NCBI RefSeq assembly: GCF_030684315.1
Contig: NC_081370.1
Span: 23,811,078-23,875,077, forward strand
DNA from: Stegostoma tigrinum
Taxonomy: Eukaryota
Reading direction: 5' to 3'
Length of the DNA: 64,000 nucleotides
In this document: positions 37,546 to 49,375 of the stretch, in pieces
How positions within the stretch are numbered: position 1 is the first letter of the stretch
How the letters are laid out: the number at the start of each line of letters is the position of its first letter
Position numbers and translations under genes: made by a program
The notes under the pieces: generated by a model
What the model was told of the DNA's origin: nothing
The model's input: the letters and a program-made list of their open reading frames with translations, nothing else
Database searches by the model: none

Positions 37546-40285
37546 ATAGTCATAGTCCTACAACACGGAGACAGGACCTTTTGGTCCAGACGGGCCCATG
37601 CTGACCAAAATGTCTGTCCATACTAATGCCATTTCCCTGCAGTTCACCTATATCCTTGCAAACCTTTCCTATCCATGTATTTGCCCAAATACCTTTTTTA
37701 AAAAATATTGGTAATGTACCTGCCTGAATCACGTTCGCTGACATCTCATTCCATAAGCATACCACCATCTGTGTAAAAACAAAGTGCCCCTCCAGGTTCC
37801 CATGTATTCTTTCCCCTCTTACCTTTTTAAACTAATGTCCTCTGGTCCTCGATTTCCTGAACCCTTGGGGCGGTGGGGGAAGAACCTTTAGTGCATTTGC
37901 CGTATCCATGCCTCTCATTATCTTTTTATACTTTTATAAGATTCCGCTTCTCTCCTCCTCCTCCTCCTCCTCCTCCTCCTCCTCCTCCTCCTCCTCCTCC
38001 TCCTCCTCCTCCTCCTCCACCCCCCCCCCCCCCCCCCAATGCCGTGCCATGTTCTAAACAATAAAGTCCTAGCTTGTCCAACCTGTCCTTTATATCTCAG
38101 CCCTTGCGTCCTGGCAATATCCTTGTAAACGTTTCTGCATTTTTTCAGTTTAATAAAATCCTTCCGATAGCAAAGTAACCAAAACTGGACACGGTGTATC
38201 AGGTGCAGCCTCAAAGTCCTGTACAACTGCAACCTAACTTCTGTACTCAATGTCCTTTTCTGAAGGCCAGTGTACCAAAAGTAATCTTCACTGCCCTGTC
38301 TACCTGTCATGTGACTTTCAGGAAACCATACACCTGAACCCCAGGGTCCTTCTCATCCAATACACTCTAAAGCCCAACTATTCACCATGAAACTCCTACC
38401 TTGATTTGACTTTCTTAAATGCAACCTCCCACATTTACCTATATTAAATTCCATTTGCTATTTCTTGGCCCACTTTCCCAGTTGATCAAGATCCTGCTGC
38501 AATTTCTGATAACCTTCCTCACTGTCCACAATACAGCCTATTTTAGTGTAATCCACAAACATACTATTCATGCCTTGTCCATTCCCATCCAAATCATTGA
38601 TATAGATAACAAATAGCAACGGGCCCAGCACCGACCCCTGAAGTACCCGCTAATCACAGGACTACAGTCCAAGACATGCAGAGAGCAATAGTGCAAGGAT
38701 GCTTCCTGCCATCAAGCCAATTGGATATCCAATTTCAGCCCTCCTTGGATTTCATTCAATCTCACCTTTTCAGAGCAGCCTACCATGTGGTACCTTATCA
38801 AAGGCCTTACTGAAATACATAAATACTATGTCTACACCCCCCCGGCCCTCATCAACATTCCTGGTCACTTCATCGAAGAACTCAACAAATTTGTGAGGCA
38901 TGATCTCTCATATGAACCTATGCTGCCTATTCCTAATCAGCCCTATCTTTCCAAATGCACGAATGTCTTATCGCTTAGAATCTTGTCAACTAACTTAACT
39001 ACCATGGATGTTAGGCTTCTGGTCTATAATTCACAGGTTTTTCTTTGCAGCCCTCCTTGAGTAAGGACACAGTATTTTCTATCGTCCAGTTGTCTGGGCC
39101 ATTACCCGTGGCTAATGATGCAGGTATATCAGCCAGGGCACTCACTTTCTTCCCTAGCTTTTCGGATGGCTCCTGGATATAATTGATCAGGATCAGGAGA
39201 TTTATACCTTCGTACATTCTAATATGTCCCATACCATTCCTGTAATACGGACTGTCCTCAAGATAACGCCACGAACTCCCCCAAGTTCCCAAGTTGTTAT
39301 GTCTTTCTCCACGGTAAACACAGGAGGATTCATAGAGGATCTTGCCCATCTCCTGTGGTTCCACACATGTGCCCACTTGGCCCTTGAGAGGGCCTTTTTA
39401 ATATAATTAAAAAATTTCTTTGGATTCACCCTAATCTTCTCAGCCACAGCTAAGTCACACACCCCCTTTTGCCCTCATGATTTCCTTCTTCAGTAAACTC
39501 CTATGTCCCCGATATGCTTCCAGAGATTCCCTTGATCCCAGCTGCCTCTATCTGAGCCATACCCCCCTTTTTTCTGGTCAAAGCCTCAATATCTCCTGTC
39601 ATCCAGGTTTCCCTACTCCTCCCAACCTTGCCCTTCGCCCTCGCAGGAACATTTAAACCTTGAACTCTAGCTATCCCACTTGCCAGAGGTCTCTTTGCCT
39701 GCGAAAAAACTACTCCAATCAACCCCTGCCATCTATTGTCTAATTCCGTCAAAATTTGTCTTGGCCCAAGTAGAGCTTGAACCTGTGGACCAGTTTTTTT
39801 GTCCTTCTCCATAACTGCTTTAAAAATAATCGAACTATGGTCACTGGTCCCAAAGTGTACTTCCACTGTCACCTCAGTCACCTGTCCTGCCCTGCCCTGT
39901 CTCGCAAGAGTAGGATGTGTTTTGTCACCTCCCAAGTAGGACCCTCGATATACTGCTGGAGGAGACTCTCCTGAACACATTTTAACAAATTTCAGCCCAT
40001 CTAATCCCTAAACCCCATGGCAGTCCCGGTCTATGTTAGGAAAATTAAAATCCCCCACTATGATAACCGTACTGCTCCTACAAAGCCCCCCCCTAGTCTC
40101 CCTGCATGTTTGTTCCGCTAATTCCCTTTGACTATTTGGGGGGCATACAGTCCAACCCCAATAACATCACCATCCCCTTATTTCTTCGCTCCACTCACAA
40201 AGCCTTACTGGACGATCCCTCAGTTATATCATCTCTGACTACTGCCGTGATACTCTCCTTAATCAAAAATACAACTCCCCTTTAA
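37546..40285 (-). mobile_element. CR1 LINE (APE to 3' end, internally deleted, degenerate)
   Basis: EVTVEVHFGTSDHSSIIF, KIRVNPKKFFNYIK, KEGCKEKPVNYRP, LQLYRTLRLHL..VQFW; 3' tail repeat (atagtc)2. Confidence 0.92.
37952..38037. repeat. (CCT)~22 microsatellite followed by poly-C
   Basis: Read directly; embedded in CR1. Confidence 0.95.
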
Positions 40286-40384
40286 TAAAATATCCCTAAA
40301 GCACATGATCATACAAAACATGATACAGAGCCACATGTGGTCATTTTGTTGGATGACTAAAATCTTCATCGAAGATTTGAGTTT

Positions 40385-40700
40385 TAGGAAGCATTTTACA
40401 GGAGAAAATCCAGGTAAAAGGGTCAATATGTTTGTGATGGGCATTTCAAAGCTTTGGTCTCAGACAGCTGAAAGCAGGGCTGTCAACATTGGAATGATTA
40501 AAATTGGAGATGATCGTGAATCCTGAATTAGAAAATAGACTTGGAGGATATTAAATAAGTAAGCAGGAAGAAGGCTATGTATGAATTTGAAAACAAAGAT
40601 GAGAATTTTGAACTTGATGTTGCCTAATTGGCTCTCAATGAAAGTCAGACAGCAGATGGCTGATGGGCTGGGGACGATTTAGTACAAGTTAGGACACAAC
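40385..40700 (-). mobile_element. Old L2 LINE 3' fragment
   Basis: gaatttgaaaacaaagatgagaattttgaacttg is antisense of the L2 FKILI.VFK motif. Confidence 0.5.
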
Positions 40701-42094
40701 AAGAGTTGAAGTTTTTTATCCGAAGGCTCCTCTTGAGATTTTCTTTAAAACTTCAAAATTTTCAGGGACTAATTTTAATTATTTGTCAGGTGATGCAGTT
40801 TAATAAAAACAAAACTTCTATATTTGAATTGACTTGTGGGTTGTTTGGAATCTCTCCGGAAACAGGATTAGAATAATTTTTATTATCCTCCATAATAATC
40901 AATCCTTTAATTATCTTAAAGGCATAACATGCACGTGTATAAATTTCCTAGACACCACTGTGTTTAAAGTCTTCCAAGACTGTAGGCATAAGTTACCAAT
41001 AATATTTTTTCCTAAATAACTGACAGTCACATATAGCTACAAAAAGCCATCAACCAAAGTTCTCTGACCGCAGCCTGGTGTCAACACAGTTGATGTTTTT
41101 CCATCACAAATACGCAAATTTTTCTGCATTTCAGAATCCAACTTCTGATTTAAAGTCAACAGTTAACATGGTGTTCGTTAATTTTTTTCAAGTACAGTAG
41201 GTCCAGAACATTCAAAGCGTTAAATTAGAGATTACACATTCATTTGTAAGAAACTCATGCCTCATCGATTTTATAGTGTCTTTGCATTCCTTGTTTCCAC
41301 TCCTGAACTTTGATAAACCTGGTCTCAGGTGGCTCTCTTTACTGATACCATTATTTCCTAACTGTTATTTCACTGTTTACAGATTGCTGGCTAGTTCACC
41401 AGTGAGTCGATCAGCAAGTAAGGGAGAGATGTGACCTTTGATTGGAGGACCTGCTCCCTGTTTGCTTCCATTCTATTTATGGGTGACTTTCTCTAATTTG
41501 GTTGCTAACTGGAATGAATTTTCCTTGGCAATTTACGAGGGTTTGGTGGTGCATTCACTTGTCACTCACTACATATTGAGCGTTGGGAAACATGCAGAAG
41601 AACTTTAAATTACATCACTTCACAAGTAGTTGAATGTAGGAAACTGATCAGGAATTCATTCACATAATCAAATCTCAATGTAACAAAGACATGATTAAGG
41701 GGGAAATCGAGAGCTGGGTGTTGTCACACATATAATAAACTGACATGTTTCTGGATAATGTTGTCAAGAAGCAGTATGGAGATGAGGGAAGGGTGACAAG
41801 GACAGATTCCTTTTGGGGATCGGGCGTAGAGACTGAGGGGAGATACATAGGTTATAACTTACGAATCAGAAGAGAAATCACTGCATATGATTCTCTGGCT
41901 ACAGTTACATAGAAAAGAACAAAACCAGGTAAATGATACGAGAGAGTCTTTGAAGGAACGTAATGTGGTCAATTAATTCTTTGGCTGTTGATGAGTTAAG
42001 AAGAATGAGGAGGGATGGTTGGTCAATAGTTGATTGAAAACCCCTGTGCAAGAATCACTGCATGGGAGATCCCCTATTACTACCATATTGCTAT

Positions 42095-42400
42095 TTAGTG
42101 TAGATAGAGGGGAAACCAGCGGATGTACATTTGAATTTTCAAATGACATTTGATAAATTGCCATAAAAAAAATAGTACAGAGGATGAGAGGTTCAGATAA
42201 TTGGATGCAATATATTTAGGGAGGTAGAGCATTGTCTCCAAAAACCAACAGTAAGCATAAATGGGGCATTTTAATGTCGTAAGGCAGTTAACTAGTAGAG
42301 TGCCACTGGGTTTAGTGCTGGATCCTCACTATATATGATCTCCATTAATGATTTGGACTCAGATACTGAGTGAAATGTACCCAAGTTTGCAAAGTTACAA
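42095..42400 (+). mobile_element. Old CR1 RT fragment
   Basis: Degenerate GKP.DV..L.FQ..FDK.PH, TSRVPLGLVLDP and PKFA motifs. Confidence 0.7.
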
Positions 42401-42621
42401 AGCTCTCAAATGCAAGTATATCTTGCCTTCAATCAGAAGATCTCTAGGTATGGTCTAACGAGTGCTTTGTGTAGTTTTAGCTAGACTTCCCTACTATTAC
42501 ACCCCATTTTCTTTGAAATAAATGTCAACATTTCATGTGCCTTCCCTATCACCTGCAGAACTTGTATGTTAATCTTTTTGTGATTTTAATGCAAAAGGGG
42601 CCCCAGATCTCTACCCTGCAG

Positions 42622-43890
42622 AGATAGTAGGAACTGCTGATGCTGGAGAATACCAAGGTGTAGAGCTGAACTTCCCGTCCACTGTGGTCAAAAACACCCT
42701 CGACCGTGTCCCTCACATTTCCCGCAACTCATCCCTCTCACCCTCTCCCTGCAATAACCACCAAAACAGAATCCCCCTCATTCTCATGTACCACCCCACC
42801 AACCTCCTGGATCCAACACATAATCCTCCAACACTTATGTCATCTGCAGTCTGAGCCCACTACCAAAGACATTTTTCCCTCCCCACCCTTTATCTGCTTT
42901 CCAGAGGGACTACTCCCTTGTCTGCTCCACACTCCCCAACACCCCCACACTTTTCCCTGCAAACACAGGAAGTGCTACACCAGTCCCTACATGTTTCTCT
43001 CCTCTTCCCCACCCCCACCCCAAGAAGGCCTTCCACATCAAACGCATGTTCGCCTGCACATCTGACAATGTGGTATACTGTATCTGTTGTTCCCATTGTG
43101 GCCTCCTGTACATTGGGGAAACCAGTGGATGTACATTTGAATTTTCAAATGACATTTGATAAATTGCCATATAAAAGATTAGTACAGAAGATGAGAGGTT
43201 CAGACAATTGGAAGCAATATCTTTAGGGAGGTAGAGCATTGTCTCATTAAAACCAACAACAAGCGTAAATGCAGAGGCTTGGGGACTGCTTTGTGGAACA
43301 TCTACGCTTGGTTCGTGACAAACGACTGCACCTCCCAGTCGCGAACCATTTCAACTCTCCCTCCCACTCTTTGGACGACGTGTCCATCCTGGGCCTCCTG
43401 GAATACCACAATGATGCCACCCGAAGGTCATAGGAACAGCACCTTGTATTTTTCAGTCCAATGGTATCAATGTGGACTTCACAAGCTTCAAAATCTCCCC
43501 TTCCCCGACTGTATCCCAAAACCAGCCCAGCTTGTGCCCACCTCCCTAACCTGTTCTTGCTCCCACCTATCCCCTCCTCCCACCTGAAGCCCCACCCTAT
43601 CACCTACCTACTAGCCTCATCCTGCCCCCTTGACCTGTTTGCCCTCCCTAACTCCCTACCTACACCTGCCATTACTGGCTCCACCCCTGCCTCTTTGACC
43701 TGTCGGTCTCCTGTCCACCGATCTTCTTCTTTTGCATTTTTTTATCTGCCTTCCCCCTTCCCCTATTTATTCCAGGACGCCCTTCCCCTCCCCCATTTCT
43801 GAAGGAGCGTCTAGGTCTGAAACATCAGCTTTCTTGCTCCTCTGCTGCTTGGCCTGCTGTGTTCATCCAGCTGTATACCTTGTTATCTCT
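42622..43890 (+). mobile_element. Neptune PLE (thumb, GIY-YIG, 3' UTR, pLTR) with inverted tail-bearing pLTR piece at the left end
   Basis: FPCKHRKCYT and YIGET...RLGD motifs; pLTR at ~43795-43890. TSD atctct(a/t)ccctgcag at 42607-42621 and 43885-43899. Confidence 0.9.
43115..43271 (+). repeat. Direct local duplication of 42109-42263 inserted in the PLE GIY-YIG motif
   Basis: Both begin ggggaaaccag.ggatgtacatttgaattttcaaatgacatttgataaattgccata; the ORF track shows MAIYQMSFENSNVHPLVSP at both sites. Confidence 0.93.
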
Positions 43891-45846
43891 TCCCTGCAGT
43901 CTTTCTCAATTTAAAGAATATACAGCTCCTTTATTCTTCCTGCCAAAGTTCATAAAGATTTTGCTCACTCACCTAACCTGTCTTTAGATCTCTATAGATT
44001 ATTTGTTATCCTCACCACTTGCCTTCTCACCCATGGCTTTCCCACATGGAATTCTGAGTATTTTATGCATGGATATGGGAGGTAAGGAAGGTTGGGTACA
44101 GGCTTCTAGTTTGTTAGGTGGTGTGAGTTAGGTAGTTGAGCGGTGGTTTGTACATTCAAAGGGATAAAGAGTTATAATGATTACAAGTTTGAAGTTGAGG
44201 ACCCAGTATCTGAGGGGAGAAAATTATTCATAACTTTCTGGTTCCAGTGCCAGACAATATTAAGTTGGGTGATTAGCAGTTAAATGTGAATAGAGCCAAG
44301 AAGGCAGAAAATGAGTCTAGGAAACAAGATGATAACTCCAGGAAGACCATAAAGGGAGAAATGATTTGGAGATACAGGTTCAAAACTTGGGCTGGGGCAA
44401 TTATTAGAGGATGTTTGACTGGGATGAACAGTGGAGAGGGACTTGACAGAAACAGTTTAAAGGAGGTGTGCATTAACAGGGGATTAATTTGTGTTCCTTT
44501 TCAATCATCTAAAACTATGGGACAGTAGTAACATTGTGGGACGTGTATTTATGTGCATGAGTATAAATAAATGCTTAGAAATATATTAAAGTATTGGCTT
44601 AACTTCAGGATTTCTTAGCTGGCATTATAGAGTATAGCAGAAGACAGGGAGAGAGATTTGAGAATTTTCAGTTGAGAAAAGAAGCCAGCAGTTATATTTT
44701 ACACTGCAAGATGATTCTGAAATAAGAGTTTTGGCAAATCAGAGCATTACCCCAGTAGTATTTTACATGCTTCCAAGTCAAATTCAGAGATGGGGTGTCT
44801 AAATTCTTCAGAAAAGAATGATTAAAATTTGTGCAATTATATCTATATTAGATAGATAAAGTTGTATCGAACCCTTTAATGTACCAAACTAAATGCAGCA
44901 CTTGTCTTTACTTCATGATCAGTATGCTAGCGTTGTAACCTTTCAGCTTTTTTTAAAAAAAGTTTTCAAATGCCTCAAGCCCAGTTAGTAAATACCATAA
45001 GTTCTATTAAGGAACTTCTAAAAGTTTAAAAACAGCTATTAAAATATGGAGATGATGAAAGGGCCAGTGTACTAGTCTAGCTGTGTGCAAGAAAAGTCAG
45101 TGCTTCACAAAATGGTTGAAGTAAAAGTTCACTTGTGAGCTCTACTTATTGAGAAGTTTCCTAATGCCTGCATGATTATTTAGAGGAAAAAAATTGATAA
45201 AATTAAGCAGAATGAGGGATATGCTGGCATTTTATTTAGAATTGGGGTCACAAAGGGGTTTTGAGCAAATTATGTACTTTTGATGAATTTTTTGAGGTGG
45301 GAGTCTTCTGTTTAATATGGGTCTTGAAAGATAACCTATCATCAAATGTTACTACTTACTGAAAACATCTGTGGCATTTTTGAAATGCTTCCAAAAGCCT
45401 AACACATGACTAGACAGTGTAATTACAAAAGAAAGGGTGTTCAGACATAAAAAGCTATAAACAGTGTATTTAATTATTCAACCTTACATTTTGAATGCAG
45501 TCTGAACTGAAAATATGTCTGCTGTCCCAGTTTTTTAAAATTATAGGTTGACTCTTTGTGCTGTCTTTGTAAATAAACGAGAAGGTAAAGAACATCTTTC
45601 CTTTTTCCCATGTTACTAAATTCACTTAATGGTAATACCTGAATTCTTTGAAGGGGAAAAATTTTAAATCAACATTTTAAAAATGTGCATTTCTTGATAT
45701 GATGAGTGCACATAATATTCTTACTCAAAGAATTCTCTCTTGAAATGTGTATTTTTTTTTTTGCACTTCCATTGTCCATTACAGAAAAGTGGTGCAGAGT
45801 ACCATTTACGAACATATTGCAGAAGGAATAATAGCAGGTTCTTGCA

Positions 45847-46025
45847 TGTGTGATAATGGGAACTGCAGATGCTGGAGAATCCAAGATAATGAAATGTGAG
45901 GCTGGATGAACACAGCAGGCCCAGCAGCATCCCAGGAGCACAAAAGCTGACGTTTCGGGCCTAGACCCTTCATCTGATGAAGGGTCTAGGCCCGAAACGT
46001 CAGCTTTTGTGCTCCTGGGCCTGCT
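45847..46025. mobile_element. Palindromic short Neptune pLTR insertion
   Basis: Centre cccttcatctgatgaaggg (~45972); exact 11-bp TSD aggttcttgca at 45836-45846 and 46026-46036. Confidence 0.92.
45974..46001 (+). ncRNA. Minimal hammerhead ribozyme motif
   Basis: CTGATGA-AGGGTCTAGGCCC-GAAACGTC. Confidence 0.72.
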
Positions 46026-46271
46026 AGGTTCTTGCACGACCTTGTTCTGGATCCTGGATGCCAACTTATTAAGGATAATGGCCAAGGAAAGGATGTTTTC
46101 TTCAATGCAGGGAAGGAGAATCTTGCTGAGTTCATTGGGCAAGTTACTGGTGGACGTTAAGAAAAGTGAGAAACTCATCTGCTCACTATCTCACCGCGTG
46201 ACAAGTGATTCTTGAATATTCTCGTTATAAAAAGGAATGAAGTTAATATTAACAAAATACATCTTTGTTGA

Positions 46272-46365
46272 GATAACAAGGTGTAGAGCTGGATGAACAC
46301 AGTAGGCCAAGCAGCATCAGAGGAGCAGGAAGGCTGATGTTTCGGGCCTCGACCCTTCTTCAGAA
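46272..46365 (-). mobile_element. Solo tail-less Neptune pLTR
   Basis: Exact 11-bp TSD atctttgttga at 46261-46271 and 46366-46376; the 5' end is at the HHR core. Confidence 0.88.
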
Positions 46366-46403
46366 ATCTTTGTTGACTTTAGTTTCCTGCTGAGCTGATT
46401 GTT

Positions 46404-46430
46404 TGCAGTAAATTGCCACATGGTGGTGCT
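46404..46430 (+). promoter_or_regulatory. Possible CTCF site with upstream TGCAG module
   Basis: tgcagtaaattgCCACATGGTGGTGCt. Confidence 0.3.
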
Positions 46431-47059
46431 TGAACCTTTTAAAAGAAGTACAGCAATGTTGTTTATCTGTCAAATTGCTGACCTCCAGCAAAAATGCCAT
46501 GAAATATTTGACTGTTAGTCTATATTAAATGCCTACTTGTCAAACAGAAAAGTTGGTCTTATCGAAGTTTTATTTTAAATCAAAGCTTTAATCCAGTGAT
46601 ATGTGACATGGCAAATTTTCAGTAGAACTGTACTTGGAGGTGATGTTAATAGAAAGGAACTGCACTTTTACAACCAATACTACTGGATACTGTCTTTCCA
46701 AGAGTTGCAAGAAATTTGGGTAGGATTAAATATTCATAAAATTGTTTATTTGGTATTAACTCTGAGTTTAGAAGTTGGAAGGCCTTGTGATTTTAGACTT
46801 GAGGAAACCTTAAGGTGTGCCTACTTTGTGCTTGTTTAGCCTGGTTTATTATGGAGGAGGTGGTACTTGGATTAATTTCCCAAAAAGAATGCTGTTTGAT
46901 AAATGAGTTAGCCACACTCCTACATGAAACAAACAGCCCATTGGAATTCATTCTCTCTGAAAGATTGTCAGTACGTGACTGAGAGAAAATACAAGACATC
47001 AATAATTTCACATTTACCAATTATGTACATAATGTGTATTTCGGTATGCTTATGATAAG

Positions 47060-47535
47060 TGTGCATTTTGGTATTAAACAAAAGGCTACCTCCTACTTGA
47101 GATGCTGAGAAGTTATGTTCAATTTATGTAGCAGCTTAGCTAGACCCCACTTGACCCACCATGCACGTTATTAGTTTCCAAGTTTTAGAAAGTGTCTAAA
47201 TGCGCTGGAGAAGGTGTAAAGAAGACCTGAGAGTTCACACGTATCAGGAAAGATTGAACAGGCTGAAGCTGCTTTCTGCAGAAAGCAGACAGAGGTGTTA
47301 AATGTTTGAGATTTTTGAGATTGTGTAAGGGTTTGATAGGATTAATGGGAGACCATATTTCAATCTATTAGAATGAGGGTTTCAAATTAGATAGCATGAT
47401 TTAATTATGGTTTACTAATGAATGCAGTTAGGAATTCATGTGAATTTTTTTAAACCAACTAATGTAGAACTGGCTGCCACAAGGAGGAGTTGAGGTGAAT
47501 TGCATGGAATTATTTAAGGAGATTCTAGATAAATC
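47060..47535 (+). mobile_element. Old CR1 3' fragment
   Basis: Degenerate LARPHL, ALEKV and YQERLNRLKL motifs. Confidence 0.7.
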
Positions 47536-47613
47536 TGAGGGAATGTGTCATCACGTTGAGCAATCTGAAGTGTTGGTTTGATGTTGCAGACATTGAGGAT
47601 GTGAGGGTATAAT

Positions 47614-47728
47614 GGGGTCTTGTGTCATGGTGGTAGTGCCCATGCCTCTGGGCTAGAAAGTCTGGGTTCAACTCCAATCTGGTCGAGAGATGTGTGATAA
47701 CATGTCCTAACAGATTGATTGATTAAAA
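47614..47728 (+). mobile_element. Short tRNA-derived SINE
   Basis: ggggtcttgtgtcatggtggtagtgccc...gggttcaactcc; same family as 16050-16160. Confidence 0.7.
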
Positions 47729-48114
47729 TGCTGTGAGAGAGTAACAAATAAAGGAATATGTTGATAGATTTAGGGCAGGAGTTTGCTTGTTTTTTTTTAA
47801 TTTCCATTCTTTCATAGATGTTGGTAGCACTGGCAAGGCCAGTACTTAATGCCCATTCCTAACTGTCCTTTTGAAGACTACAAATTGCCTGTTTCTGTGC
47901 TATTTATTCTGTGTTAGTTAAAGGACGTGGATATGAACAATTGCACCTGACAACTGTTTTAGCCATTTGTAGCCAGTTTGGATTGAACCATATAAATGAC
48001 TACTGTTATTGTGTTTCCCACTGCCACAGTTACTCACTACTTTAACGTAATTCTGAACATGCAGATAATATCTGCATTCATTCCTTAACTACAATCAGTC
48101 CTCTTAATTGTCCT

Positions 48115-48242
48115 CTCTGAAGAAGGGTCTAGGCCCGAAACGTCAGCTTTTGTGCTCCTGAGATGCTGCTTGGCCTGCTGTGTTCATCCAGCCTCACATT
48201 TTATTATCTTGGATTCTCCAGCATCTGCAGTTCCCATTATCA
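48115..48242 (+). mobile_element. Solo Neptune pLTR with tail
   Basis: Exact 14-bp TSD ctcttaattgtcct at 48101-48114 and 48243-48256; starts 2 nt before the HHR core. Confidence 0.93.
48117..48144 (+). ncRNA. Minimal hammerhead ribozyme motif
   Basis: CTGAAGA-AGGGTCTAGGCCC-GAAACGTC. Confidence 0.7.
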
Positions 48243-48639
48243 CTCTTAATTGTCCTGCCTGCTTGAGTTAGACCCACTGTTGTCAATGAGAGATTATCAT
48301 GGACTTCTGAATCACTAAAGTTGTGGCATTGATTCAGTTGCCTTTGTTGTCTTTCTTGAATCCTCTAGCCCAACAACTTAAACTTCCCCGAAAGAACTCC
48401 TCAAAGCCCAATGTCTGAATTTGTATTTTCTCCTTTCATACATGCCCTCTGAGTCAGCTTATCAGTTGGACACATCACTTTCTCCCTTTGATCTTTCTAT
48501 TACCAAACTACTGACTGTGTTCCACTTTCTTGCCTACCCAGTATGTTAGCTGATTTGTGTTAATGGGCTATTTTCACTGTGTATTGTCCACCTCCAACAA
48601 ATGTGTTGTCATCATTGCTTTTTAAAAATCCACTTTGAT

Positions 48640-49375
48640 CCATCTGTCCTCCCAGTCTTCTCTCCCATCATCAACCTTCATTTTTGTTCCAAGTCTTTGC
48701 ATGTGTCATTGCCTCAAATGTGTTTCCATCTTTCCTCGTAAATTCATAGTGAATTCCTGTGTGTCAGGCTGTCATGCCTGCCATAGCATTAAAACAGCCT
48801 TAATAAAAGTAATAAAAAATCCCATGTCTGTGACCATGGTAAAAATATCCTTTCTCATCAAACCTTGATATGACTGCAGCATTTAATATGGTTGGCTAAA
48901 CCACCCACCTATCTCTTAACACCTGTTGAGCAAATGCATGAGACCACCTTTAACTGGTCCCCTTTTTATTTATCTGATGGTAGCTGCTGTTGCCCATCGA
49001 TGCTATTCCTGCTTCTGTATCATCATCACTGGAATCCTCCCAATTTATTCTTGTTCTCCCCATCTTTCTTATCAAATATCTGTCTCAGAGAGCATCCCAA
49101 AGCGAGGTTTCACAAGTACCTGTTAACACTGAGCTCTACTTTTACCAACACTTCTTTCAATTTATTTGCTGACTTTGATTTTCTTCAAACAGCTTTTGTT
49201 ACATCCAGCACTGGCTTTTTGTAGACTGAGATACACAAAGCCATTGTTTTTGGCTCCCACCCCAGGTCCTTTCCTCAGCCAGTGACTCCATCCCTGGTCA
49301 TGTCTGTGACTGAATCAAAGCATTTGTAACTTTGAGTCAGAGGTGAGCTTCTGGCCGTACATCTGCCACATGAGA
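48640..49375 (+). mobile_element. Old L2 LINE RT fragment
   Basis: SGCHACHSIKTALIKVIK (~SGFRP.HSTETALIKV) followed by LDMTAAFNMV. Confidence 0.75.

Larger units (their letters stand above)
42420..44035 (-). mobile_element. Old CR1 fragment split by the Neptune insertion at 42622-43890
   Basis: CR1 antisense sequence continues across the insertion (ccccagatctct...ctgcag|tctttctcaatttaaagaata). Confidence 0.6.

Noticed and set aside
37873-38310. Poly-Pro and poly-Arg ORFs
   Set aside because: Translations of the (CCT)n microsatellite within CR1.
45669-46178. 169-aa minus-strand ORF
   Set aside because: It reads through the palindromic pLTR and AT-rich flanks, with no domain or coding signature.
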